Shown in pieces: positions 47,294 through 55,264 of a stretch of 64,000 bases of DNA. The translations under genes were made by a program, and so were the position numbers. The notes under the pieces are model-generated. The model saw nothing but the letters and a program-made list of their open reading frames with translations. It had not been told where the DNA came from and searched no databases. The DNA comes from a phage. Each line of letters opens with the position of its first letter. The stretch's first letter is position 1. Location of the stretch: the NCBI GenBank assembly GCA_012338575.1, contig GCA_012338575.1_3616.1. One strand, written 5' to 3'.

Positions 47294-47562
47294 TACTCGG
47301 CCTCTTCCTTAAAAATTTTAAACATCTCTTCTTTACTCATTACCAACCAGTCTCCCATAAAGTCAACTAGCCAATCTCCCTGGTACAAGACAAGGTTACC
47401 AAAAGGCTCGACAAGCTCACACATGCGACGAAGATCTCTGGTCCGAACAGGTGACGATGTAAACACACCTGTATCAATCCACCGTTGCAGATCAGATACT
47501 GATGAAGAGCTTCCGTCAAACTGGTGGGCTTCTACAGGTTTAGCAAGATTAAATAACGGCAT
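47293..47562 (-). CDS. hypothetical protein (89 aa)
   Basis: ORF. Confidence 0.45.
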   Translation of the reverse strand: MPLFNLAKPVEAHQFDGSSSSVSDLQRWIDTGVFTSSPVRTRDLRRMCELVEPFGNLVLYQGDWLVDFMGDWLVMSKEEMFKIFKEEAE

Positions 47563-47857
47563 TGCAGTCCTCCTTCTGTAGTAGGTCTTTTATAGGATAA
47601 ACAAGTAAGTGTGGATCGGAATAACGTATAGTCTTATTCTGCCACACTATGAACTTTATTACAACCAAATTTACAATATCTTTATCACCATGTAGCCCAA
47701 CACACACATTTGTCCATATTTTGTGGTTGAAGATCTTGCTATCGATGTAGATTTTAGTGTCAAACTTATCTTCCATTCTACCTATAAGTTTGATCAGCTC
47801 CTTCATCTGGTCGCCAAACACAGCATCTTTTTCAAGATCTCTGGAATGCTTGTACAT
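47549..47857 (-). CDS. hypothetical protein (102 aa)
   Basis: ORF. Confidence 0.45.
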   Translation of the reverse strand: MYKHSRDLEKDAVFGDQMKELIKLIGRMEDKFDTKIYIDSKIFNHKIWTNVCVGLHGDKDIVNLVVIKFIVWQNKTIRYSDPHLLVYPIKDLLQKEDCNAVI

Positions 47858-47887
47858 AACTAACTACCTCGCTGCATACTTTCCATA

Positions 47888-47912
47888 ATAAGTAAAGCCG
47901 GGATCACCCGGC
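47888..47912 (-). terminator. hairpin terminator (leftward)
   Basis: GCCGGG-tgat-CCCGGC followed by TTTACTTATT on minus strand. Confidence 0.5.
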
Positions 47913-47919
47913 TATGTTG

Positions 47920-48633
47920 TCAAATATACTCTGTTACATCCTTGAAGCTCGAAGGCTTCATAATCTTACCTTTGCTGTCAAGGAATATAATAACTTTATT
48001 GCCGTTGTAGAACTCCTCTTTAGCAACGAAACCTTCGTAGCGACCACCAAAACGACGCTCAAGATCTTTAATCTCCAACTCGATGAGTTGTTCAGCAGGC
48101 ATATCTGCACTGGCACCGTGTGAATGCCGTAGATGGTTGATCCGCGCAAACTTACTGTCATTAGATTTGAGAACCTTCCGCATCATCCCACACACATCCC
48201 CGCTAAGCTGGAACAGCAAAGCTGTTGATAACTCCGCTAGTCGGTAAGCAGACGCTTTTTGCTTTGGTGTGTTTTTAGCAGCGATCAGTGTATCATAGAA
48301 CTCCCCAATCTTAAACTTAATATCTCGCGAATTATCAAACAGACTTGTCCACTTTTCGTAGTTATCGTTGACAAGATAAGCGGCATAACTTGTAACAACG
48401 TGCAGATCACAGGCCTCTTTTAGCAGGTGATCTCCACCATCACCTTTCTCCAACTCTTCAAGAACCTCATTAAACTCTTCTTCAATAAAACTGAGCTGGA
48501 GTTCGAATGGTGTGTATGATTTTTTCACTTTAGCTGCTACACGGTTCCAATTTTCCACCCAACTGGCAGACCAAAGGTAGTTTTCTGGCTGAGACAGTTT
48601 TTCCAGGTTGTCGATCAGTTTAGTATTTAGCAT
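47920..48633 (-). CDS. possible MazG-like nucleotide pyrophosphohydrolase
   Basis: FIEEEFNEVLEELEKGD...LKEACDL acidic helix pattern reminiscent of MazG EExxE motifs; weak. Confidence 0.35.
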   Translation of the reverse strand: MLNTKLIDNLEKLSQPENYLWSASWVENWNRVAAKVKKSYTPFELQLSFIEEEFNEVLEELEKGDGGDHLLKEACDLHVVTSYAAYLVNDNYEKWTSLFDNSRDIKFKIGEFYDTLIAAKNTPKQKASAYRLAELSTALLFQLSGDVCGMMRKVLKSNDSKFARINHLRHSHGASADMPAEQLIELEIKDLERRFGGRYEGFVAKEEFYNGNKVIIFLDSKGKIMKPSSFKDVTEYI

Positions 48634-48647
48634 TAAAAGGTCACCTC

Positions 48648-49409
48648 TTACAGTTCCATAAAGTTTTCTACAGTTTCAATAAATGCTTTATCAGAGAAAG
48701 CGTCAACAGCACCGTTAAACCATACAGGGATCCCGCGATCCTCATATTGATAAAGGTCGCTACGTGAAATGCCACTTCCATCTGCACTCTGCGAATCATA
48801 CTTGTTTACAATCAGCAGTTTTGTGCCTTTACAAGTAGCAGGAAACAATTCCCAGTTAAAATTAATAACTGTGTTAGAACAACCTACCAGGATCACCATA
48901 TCATTGCTGGTAAGAGATGTCAACAGGTCATACATGTCTGTATACTTAGGAGCAACCTCACCGAAGAACACTACATTGGGCTTAACCCAGGTATACTTGC
49001 CTGTATCTACCTCCGTGTACCCTATATTTTTAATTACATCATTACCTTCAGCATCTTCATAGGTGATTTCAGGCAAATACCCGTGGACATGTAAAATATC
49101 TTCATGTTTTACACCAGCACGCTCCAGCAAATCATCTACATTGGTGGTCAGGTTGATCACACGACCAGACCAGCGGGAATACCACTCAGCGATCCGGAGA
49201 TGTGCAAGGTTAGGATCAACACTGCCCAGAGCTACACGACGTGCATTGTAAAAGTCATGCACCTTATAGTAGTTCTTGGCGAAGGTGTGGATGTTGCACA
49301 CCTCATCTATGCTGAAATTCTCCCACATTGCAGTACTACCAGATCGGAAAGTGGGAATACCAGATTCAGCGCTCAAACCAGCACCGGAGATAATAATCAG
49401 TCGTCGCAT
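48648..49409 (-). CDS. Sir2-family NAD-dependent deacylase-like protein
   Basis: ISGAGLSAESGIPTFR (GAGxS..GIPxFR), TTNVDDL (cf. TQNxDxL) and HVHG motifs. Confidence 0.7.
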   Translation of the reverse strand: MRRLIIISGAGLSAESGIPTFRSGSTAMWENFSIDEVCNIHTFAKNYYKVHDFYNARRVALGSVDPNLAHLRIAEWYSRWSGRVINLTTNVDDLLERAGVKHEDILHVHGYLPEITYEDAEGNDVIKNIGYTEVDTGKYTWVKPNVVFFGEVAPKYTDMYDLLTSLTSNDMVILVGCSNTVINFNWELFPATCKGTKLLIVNKYDSQSADGSGISRSDLYQYEDRGIPVWFNGAVDAFSDKAFIETVENFMEL

Positions 49410-49417
49410 AAGTGCCC

Positions 49418-49768
49418 TCAGTAGATGTTTTGTTTAATCTCTATTCCAAACTTTTTAAACGAGTCAGCTGCAAGCATGAATTTACGAGCCGCTGATGGAT
49501 TAGAAGTATGTACGAAAATCTTCACGTTGTCAACCACGGGAGGCTTACCGAATACAAATTTTTCCTCCAACATGGATAGGCAATCGTATCCTTCGAATAC
49601 TTCTCCTAGGTCGTTGTCCATATGCCACTCAGAAACGCGTCTGTAGAGCTTTCCCTTATCGTTAATAAAATCCATAAACTCGGAGGAATTCTTCAGCCAA
49701 ACAGCGTCTGGGAGCCCGTAATTTGACGGATCTCTTAAGTCATCTAGCCACACAATCAACTTCTTCAT
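49418..49768 (-). CDS. hypothetical protein (116 aa) between Sir2-like and ligase-like genes
   Basis: ORF; no family recognised. Confidence 0.45.
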   Translation of the reverse strand: MKKLIVWLDDLRDPSNYGLPDAVWLKNSSEFMDFINDKGKLYRRVSEWHMDNDLGEVFEGYDCLSMLEEKFVFGKPPVVDNVKIFVHTSNPSAARKFMLAADSFKKFGIEIKQNIY

Positions 49769-50700
49769 TGCATATAGTTCTCGTTGTGGAAATAGTAATC
49801 AAGTATCTCACGGCGTTCCTGCTCCAGGAGGCAGTTCCACACATCCTCTGTGTAATTGCTACGAATGAAGTTTACCATGCCGTAAAACTCTTCGTCAACA
49901 CGTTTAAAGATATCATCATCCCAAATCTTCCAAGCTTTACCCCTCATTACGGCCTTCCGTGCCAGATAGTATGGAGACTTGATCTTCAGCTGCAGATCAT
50001 AAGGGTAGTAAGGCTTACGAATCATATACCCTTCACCTCTTGTTTCTGCAGCTAATTCTTTTGCATAGCTGAACGGAATTTCACGCACAGTGTGAGGACG
50101 TTTTGCACCAAGGTATTTGGCAATCCCATCTAAAGCTGCTTCTGGTAGCATTATTCCAGAATCATTATATCTGCAACCTATCAAATATGCGCCATGATCT
50201 TCCTGAACAATATGCGGATCTGAAGGGTGACAAATTTCAAACATGAATGTCATGTTTTCATTGCCCATAACCTTCTTGATAAGATCTAAATTACCACATT
50301 GCTCTTGGATGGTTTCCTTTGCAAGGTTACAATATGGAGAATCAAGAGACCCGGTTGTTGAGAACAATAGTTCACCTTTATGAGATGATACCACACCGAG
50401 GAATCCGTTCTTTTTCTCTACCGCAGTAACAAGTTTACTGTCCGGTAGGTTGGTGGAGTTTTCTCCTAAGTTGAATACTTTTGTGAAAGGCCATGCCACA
50501 ACATTCCCCTCATTGCCAACAACAATACCTCGGCACTCCAGTAAACGCGGAGACAAATGCCACAGATTGTTGTAGAATACTTTTCTGGCATATTTATAGA
50601 TCTTTAATCCAAGATCTGGATAATACCGACTGGTTACAAGACCTTTGTCTACTAGGTCATCTGCATTAAAATACTTCATCATACGTTCCTCATTTGTCAT
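49765..50700 (-). CDS. RNA-ligase-like nucleotidyltransferase (Rnl2-like motifs)
   Basis: Motif I EKKNGFLG (KxNG), motif IV GEGYMIRKPYYPYD (cf. recalled T4 Rnl2 EGYVLKPCYP), motif V LKIKSPYY. Confidence 0.5.
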   Translation of the reverse strand: MTNEERMMKYFNADDLVDKGLVTSRYYPDLGLKIYKYARKVFYNNLWHLSPRLLECRGIVVGNEGNVVAWPFTKVFNLGENSTNLPDSKLVTAVEKKNGFLGVVSSHKGELLFSTTGSLDSPYCNLAKETIQEQCGNLDLIKKVMGNENMTFMFEICHPSDPHIVQEDHGAYLIGCRYNDSGIMLPEAALDGIAKYLGAKRPHTVREIPFSYAKELAAETRGEGYMIRKPYYPYDLQLKIKSPYYLARKAVMRGKAWKIWDDDIFKRVDEEFYGMVNFIRSNYTEDVWNCLLEQERREILDYYFHNENYMQ

Positions 50701-50800
50701 TTTGTCAGTCTATCCTGCCACACAAATAACCTAGTGTCAACACTTGAAATTAACAAAACAGTTAGGTATACTATCATTAAAATTAAAACGGAGGATTGCT

Positions 50801-51211
50801 ATGTCTAAAATGCTATATATCGTGCGTGGTCTGCCAGGGTCTGGCAAATCAACACTGGCAAATGCGCTATCTTTAGAAGGTCTGTATCCACATTTTGAGA
50901 ACGACATGTTCTGGTATGACGATGACGGCAATTACAACTGGGATGCAAGTAAAGTAACACTCGCAGCAAAATGGTGCAAAGATAACGTAGAAGATATGAT
51001 GCGTATGGGATACGACCGTATCGTGGTAAGTAATACGTTTACAAAAGAAAAACATGTGCAGGAATATGTTGACATGGCAATCAGTCACGGGTATAGTTAT
51101 ACCGTGATCGTGGTTGAAAACCGCCACGGTAATAAAAGCATTCATGATGTTCCAGACAAGGTTGTGGATCGTATGGAACGCCAGCTTAAAAACTGCATTA
51201 AACTTAAATGA
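50801..51211 (+). CDS. P-loop polynucleotide-kinase-like kinase
   Basis: ATG 50801 after GGAGG; LYIVRGLPGSGKSTLAN resembles recalled T4 Pnk kinase IILTIGCPGSGKSTWA. Confidence 0.5.
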   Translation: MSKMLYIVRGLPGSGKSTLANALSLEGLYPHFENDMFWYDDDGNYNWDASKVTLAAKWCKDNVEDMMRMGYDRIVVSNTFTKEKHVQEYVDMAISHGYSYTVIVVENRHGNKSIHDVPDKVVDRMERQLKNCIKLK

Positions 51212-51218
51212 GGAATGT

Positions 51219-51773
51219 ATGAAATACTTTGTAACAAGCGACACACACTTTCTCCACCAGCGGGTCATGGAGTTTGATTCATGTCAAAAACACAGATCTC
51301 AGTATGATCACAATCTTGACAGTATGAATGCGGGAATCATCGCCGAGTGGAACTCTGTTGTGTCACCTGCAGACACTGTGTTTCACTTGGGAGATATTGC
51401 GTGCACTAATGATAAGAATATCAACAAATTGCTCCCAGATGTTCTAAATATGTTGAACGGACATATTATTCTTGTTCGTGGTAACCATGACACAAGGACG
51501 ACTGTCAGAATTATGAAAGAGTTCGGTCATGATGTTGTAGATTATTACGAGCTTCGCCACAACAAGAATTTGATCTGTATGAGCCATTACCAGTTTGCAA
51601 AGTGGAACAGAAAGCCTCACGGATCAGTCCAACTGTTCGGTCATGCTCACGGAACCACACAGCAGTTGTTTGGCAGGCAGTTTGATGTCGGTTGGGATGT
51701 GTGGGGGAGACTCTTACCATTAGAAGAGGCATACCGTATTGCAATGAGTCTTGCTATTGACAGCGGGGAGTAA
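51219..51773 (+). CDS. calcineurin-like metallophosphoesterase
   Basis: ATG 51219 after GAGGAA; motifs SDTHF, HLGDI, LVRGNHD, GHAHGT. Confidence 0.6.
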   Translation: MKYFVTSDTHFLHQRVMEFDSCQKHRSQYDHNLDSMNAGIIAEWNSVVSPADTVFHLGDIACTNDKNINKLLPDVLNMLNGHIILVRGNHDTRTTVRIMKEFGHDVVDYYELRHNKNLICMSHYQFAKWNRKPHGSVQLFGHAHGTTQQLFGRQFDVGWDVWGRLLPLEEAYRIAMSLAIDSGE

Positions 51774-51820
51774 TCCCTGCTATTTTAAAGAAAATTGCCA
51801 CACAAGGAGAATCAGGAGAT

Positions 51821-52171
51821 ATGAAAGATGGGGATAAGCTGCTATATCTTAAAGTCCCCCTTGAAATACTGTCTATGTCAAAAGTTTTGAATGACACAAC
51901 TGGGGAGGCTGTTGTTCTTGACTTATATGACAAGATCGTATACTGCTACCTGCACAACTGGTATAAGCTTGGAGGAAATTCACGCTTCACACCAAGCACA
52001 AGGAAAATTGCAGCAGATGTTGGGATAAAGAAAACAAAAGCAGCAGCGTGCGTTAAAACTTTAGAATGTGCAGGAGTGGTTGAAATATCCACACAAGGGA
52101 GAGGTAAAAGATGTACATTTTCCAAAGTTTTGCCACCAGAAGAGGTTATTCGAATGTCAACAACTGGTTAG
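51821..52171 (+). CDS. putative DNA-binding protein (HTH-like)
   Basis: TRKIAADVGIKKTKAAACVKTLECAGVV helix-turn-helix-like segment; adjacent to tandem palindromic repeats. Confidence 0.4.
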   Translation: MKDGDKLLYLKVPLEILSMSKVLNDTTGEAVVLDLYDKIVYCYLHNWYKLGGNSRFTPSTRKIAADVGIKKTKAAACVKTLECAGVVEISTQGRGKRCTFSKVLPPEEVIRMSTTG

Positions 52172-52242
52172 ACCAGTAAAAACTTAAATATCTGTACTAT
52201 AAGGATTCGTATGTTTTATGTTCGCTCTGGAACAGAGGTCAG

Positions 52243-52286
52243 TAACTGTCCGTGATACGGACACTAACTGTCCGTGATACGGACAC
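52243..52286. repeat. perfect tandem duplication of 22-bp unit TAACTGTCCGTGATACGGACAC (each with palindrome GTCCGT-gat-ACGGAC)
   Basis: Two identical adjacent copies; followed by AT-rich GTAC-repeat region 52320-52410. Confidence 0.8.
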
Positions 52287-52429
52287 ATAAAGAATATAAC
52301 TAAAATAACTAAATAATAAAAAATAAAAGATCTAGTACTTATGGTACTAAGTACATATACTTAACTTATGTAGAATATACTAGATCCTAAGTACCATGTT
52401 TTAAAATTATTACTTACTATAGGTAGTGT

Positions 52430-52700
52430 CGGCCCTTCATTGGCACTCGCCTACGAGGGGCGAGATGCCGGGCCTCCTTGGTGCACACAATAACAGAAGT
52501 GCATACATGCAGGTCTGTTAACATGTGTGGGAGCGAAGCGATAGCGCAGGCCAAAGGCCGAGCACTGATGTGGACCACCGACGAAAGCTTGCCAGCTCCG
52601 TAAGGAGTCGGTTGAGAGTCTCCCGCGCGAGCTTGGATGAAGTTTATGTGTGGAAACTGACAAGAAGGCCCCTAAATCGCTCCACAGCTATATGAACTAT
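52430..52700. other. GC-rich hairpin-dense non-coding region (candidate structured RNA)
   Basis: No plausible ORF; long hairpin GGCCC..GGCA-CTCGCC-tacgagg-GGCGAG-a-TGCC-GGGCC and several palindromes in otherwise AT-rich DNA. Confidence 0.35.
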
Positions 52701-52789
52701 ACCAGGTAATGCAATCGCACCAGTTTGATAGAAAAGCTCGTTACAAAGTGATACAGTGAGTTTTTCTATAACTTGAAGAGGAGGCAGCT

Positions 52790-53368
52790 ATGGGTTCACG
52801 CAAAGATGACCGTGAAAAGATTGCAAAACGTTATCAGAATGAAGAACAGATGGAGAAAACTTTCAAGTGGAAGCCTGGTTTCCAGCGTAATCATTCTAAC
52901 GCTCGTGATCGTAAGCATCCGGATAAGTGGCTAACACCGCCAAATGATGGCATGCAGGTTGGTGATGAGAAGGAGATGTCACCTGGAAAAGATGGCAACT
53001 ACATTCGCACTAAGGAAGCTGGTCCAAAGGATGACAGCTATCTTGTAGATAAGGTTCTTAATGGTATTGATGTAGATGTTGACACTGCACGAAACCTTTT
53101 TCTTGGTTGGTATCGTACAGGGTTTTTCGACATCAAGGCTATTCGTCGTGTTTGCGATATTAAAAAGTCTGCCTATGATGATGACTCCCTACATCGCACT
53201 CTGAGACAATACTCAGAGAGATACGGTCATCCAGTTATCACTCTTGACGATATTAACGAAGTGATGTATCATGCAGAGGTTGTTGCAGGTAGATTCGGTG
53301 ATGCATATCTAGATATCCTTTCTGCAAAGGATGAGGTAATGTTAAATAAGATTTACTATGAACGCTGA
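52790..53368 (+). CDS. hypothetical protein (192 aa)
   Basis: Strong SD GAAGAGGAGG. Confidence 0.6.
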   Translation: MGSRKDDREKIAKRYQNEEQMEKTFKWKPGFQRNHSNARDRKHPDKWLTPPNDGMQVGDEKEMSPGKDGNYIRTKEAGPKDDSYLVDKVLNGIDVDVDTARNLFLGWYRTGFFDIKAIRRVCDIKKSAYDDDSLHRTLRQYSERYGHPVITLDDINEVMYHAEVVAGRFGDAYLDILSAKDEVMLNKIYYER

Positions 53369-53567
53369 GGGGTGCTTAATGAACAATCCGGTAGCAAAGA
53401 ACTGTACTAAGTTTAATAAGTCTGCGATTCACACTGACAGGAAAAAGGGCTGGTCTCCTGACATTGACGAGGAGCTTGAGAGTTACTTTGAAGACCTGGT
53501 CACTAATGCAGATGAGGTTGCGATTAAAGAATACGCAGACAGGAAGGATAAGGCCGGAATCTGTTGA
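53358..53567 (+). CDS. hypothetical protein (69 aa)
   Basis: ORF overlapping upstream stop. Confidence 0.4.
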   Translation: MNAEGCLMNNPVAKNCTKFNKSAIHTDRKKGWSPDIDEELESYFEDLVTNADEVAIKEYADRKDKAGIC

Positions 53568-53643
53568 CAAAAATAGTGTTACCTGATAAGATCTGCAATA
53601 TGATGTGATGCAATTTTAACTTACGAGGTCTACAGGTAATGCT

Positions 53644-53886
53644 ATGTTTAAGGTTAAGCTCGTTTTTCGTTCCATGAATGAGGATTATTTAGAAGATGAA
53701 GGTGAATTTCGTGCACTGGATGATGCAATAGATTTTGCCAACGACTTAGCTTGTATGAATACAGGTTATGGGCTATGTTGTTGGGATGGTGGTGTTCAGA
53801 TCGGTGATAGCAAGATCTTCTACTTCTACCCTGAGCCTGATAACAAACAAATTAAGTATGTTTTATTTATTTGTGCTTTACAATGA
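53644..53886 (+). CDS. hypothetical protein (80 aa)
   Basis: ORF. Confidence 0.45.
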   Translation: MFKVKLVFRSMNEDYLEDEGEFRALDDAIDFANDLACMNTGYGLCCWDGGVQIGDSKIFYFYPEPDNKQIKYVLFICALQ

Positions 53887-54176
53887 GGTTGTTTTCGTGT
53901 ATCATGATGAATATCCAATTTAAAGATGAATTTGATGGCTTTATCTCCGGATGCTTTGAAACAGGGTTCGGAGAAGACTGAGTTCCCTTAGAGGGCTTGA
54001 TAGTGCACCACACTTAAAATGGTAGGGGCAGCCAGCACATGACGATGTGACCCCAGCCAACCTGTAATAAGGTCGAGCCTGAGCGCGGTAATGGGTATAG
54101 CTGGAAAACCCACTTGTTGGGTCTTGCTGGTCCAGGACGCTGGACAAGTCGCAGGGAATACCACCCTGCGGCGAAC

Positions 54177-54205
54177 TTGACAATCAGTATTTGCTATGAT
54201 AAAAT
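54177..54205 (+). promoter_or_regulatory. sigma70-like promoter (TTGACA, 17 bp, TAAAAT)
   Basis: TTGACA 54177-54182, TAAAAT 54200-54205. Confidence 0.5.
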
Positions 54206-54233
54206 CCACCTATCACGTGATAATGGAGGAAAC

Positions 54234-54572
54234 ATGGCGGATACAACTAAAAAGCGTCGCCGTAGAGGCAGACCTCTGAAAGAGGAGTCCAACGCCATTC
54301 AGCTAGAGAAGAACATCCTTGATATGAAGGAATCTTTTATAGCGATGGTTCCAGAAGCTCACAAAGTTTTAAGAGAGCTGATGTTGGACCCGAAAACCAA
54401 ACAAAATATTCGTCAAAGCATTGCAGAGTATGTTCTTGATAAGGCAGACCGAATGCAGGAAGAATATGATGAGATGTTTGGTGAAGAGGAAGAGGTGGTA
54501 GTAGAAGAGGCTGAAAAACCAGCACCTTTTATGCCATTTACCACAGAAATACAGCCTGTTGGCAATAGTTAA
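54234..54572 (+). CDS. hypothetical protein with basic N-terminus and acidic C-terminus (112 aa); possible DNA-binding/small terminase-like
   Basis: ATG 54234 after GGAGG; KKRRRRGRPLKEE N-terminus. Confidence 0.45.
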   Translation: MADTTKKRRRRGRPLKEESNAIQLEKNILDMKESFIAMVPEAHKVLRELMLDPKTKQNIRQSIAEYVLDKADRMQEEYDEMFGEEEEVVVEEAEKPAPFMPFTTEIQPVGNS

Positions 54573-54581
54573 AATATTTTC

Positions 54582-54610
54582 TTGACAAACTTTGCTTAAC
54601 AGTGTAATAT
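54582..54610 (+). promoter_or_regulatory. sigma70 consensus-like promoter upstream of tRNA cluster
   Basis: TTGACA 54582-54587, 17-bp spacer, TAATAT 54605-54610. Confidence 0.6.
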
Positions 54611-54668
54611 TGTAAACATGGTCTCCCACCTTTTCTGGCGGCTAAGGTGTAAAAGAAAGCCACCCAGT

Positions 54669-54743
54669 GCCCTGTTAGCTTAGTGGATAAAGCAGCGGCC
54701 TTCTAAGCCGTTGACACTGGTTCGAGTCCAGTACGGGGTGCCA
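54669..54743 (+). tRNA. tRNA-Arg (anticodon TCT)
   Basis: Manually folded cloverleaf: acceptor GCCCTGT/ACGGGGT, D-arm GCTT-AGTGGATA-AAGC, anticodon loop CTTCTAA, T-arm ACTGG-TTCGAGT-CCAGT, CCA encoded. Confidence 0.8.
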
Positions 54744-54873
54744 AGTTCTTTTTAATGTAGCTTACTTTAGCAGAGTAAATCTTCGGCAAGTGGCGGTAAC
54801 CACTTTACCGATACCTCATAGTTAGTGGTGAGAACACTAGCTATTTTAAAAAGAATTTAAATATTAGTATTTA

Positions 54874-54961
54874 GGTGAGTTAATTCCGTAGGGGTAGCGG
54901 GGCAGACTGTAAATCTGTTATCATTGCGATTCGGGTGGTTCGACTCCATCACTCACCACCA
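54874..54961 (+). tRNA. tRNA-Tyr (anticodon GTA), long variable arm
   Basis: Acceptor GGTGAGT/ACTCACC, anticodon loop CTGTAAA, T-loop GGTTCGACTCC, CCA encoded; 85 nt plus CCA. Confidence 0.8.
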
Positions 54962-55075
54962 AATTTATATTTTTAAATGCATAAATCATACAGGTAATGG
55001 CATTGATATTTATCGTCGTTTATACTAGTCACTAACTGCTCGAAAATCAGTGTCATTATCAGTATTGTTTATAAA

Positions 55076-55166
55076 AGAGGGTAGGGAGCAATGGTGCTCA
55101 AGCGGTCTTGAAAACCGTCCCGTTGAGGATGACTCGATGATGGTTCGATTCCATTATCCTCTGCCA
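55076..55166 (+). tRNA. tRNA-Ser (anticodon TGA), long variable arm
   Basis: Acceptor AGAGGGT/ATCCTCT, anticodon loop CTTGAAA, T-arm GATGG-TTCGATT-CCATT, CCA encoded. Confidence 0.75.
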
Positions 55167-55264
55167 TATTGTTGACCTTGTAATTAAGCGAAAGCCGGAA
55201 GCAGAACCGGATTATCAAATGTTACAGTCGTCATCGCCGACTAGCAACATGGTCAACATACTGA

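Noticed and set aside
52560-52600. Hammerhead ribozyme (CTGATG … CGAAA present)
   Set aside because: Spacing and helix II/III pairings do not fit the hammerhead consensus.
52451-52663. 70-aa minus-strand ORF in the GC-rich island
   Set aside because: Arg/Ser/Pro-rich translation typical of GC-rich non-coding DNA, no SD; region treated as candidate structured RNA.
52430-54176. tmRNA or RNase P RNA in the GC-rich islands
   Set aside because: No tRNA-like acceptor/T-arm ends, no tag reading frame, no RNase P conserved motifs found by eye.
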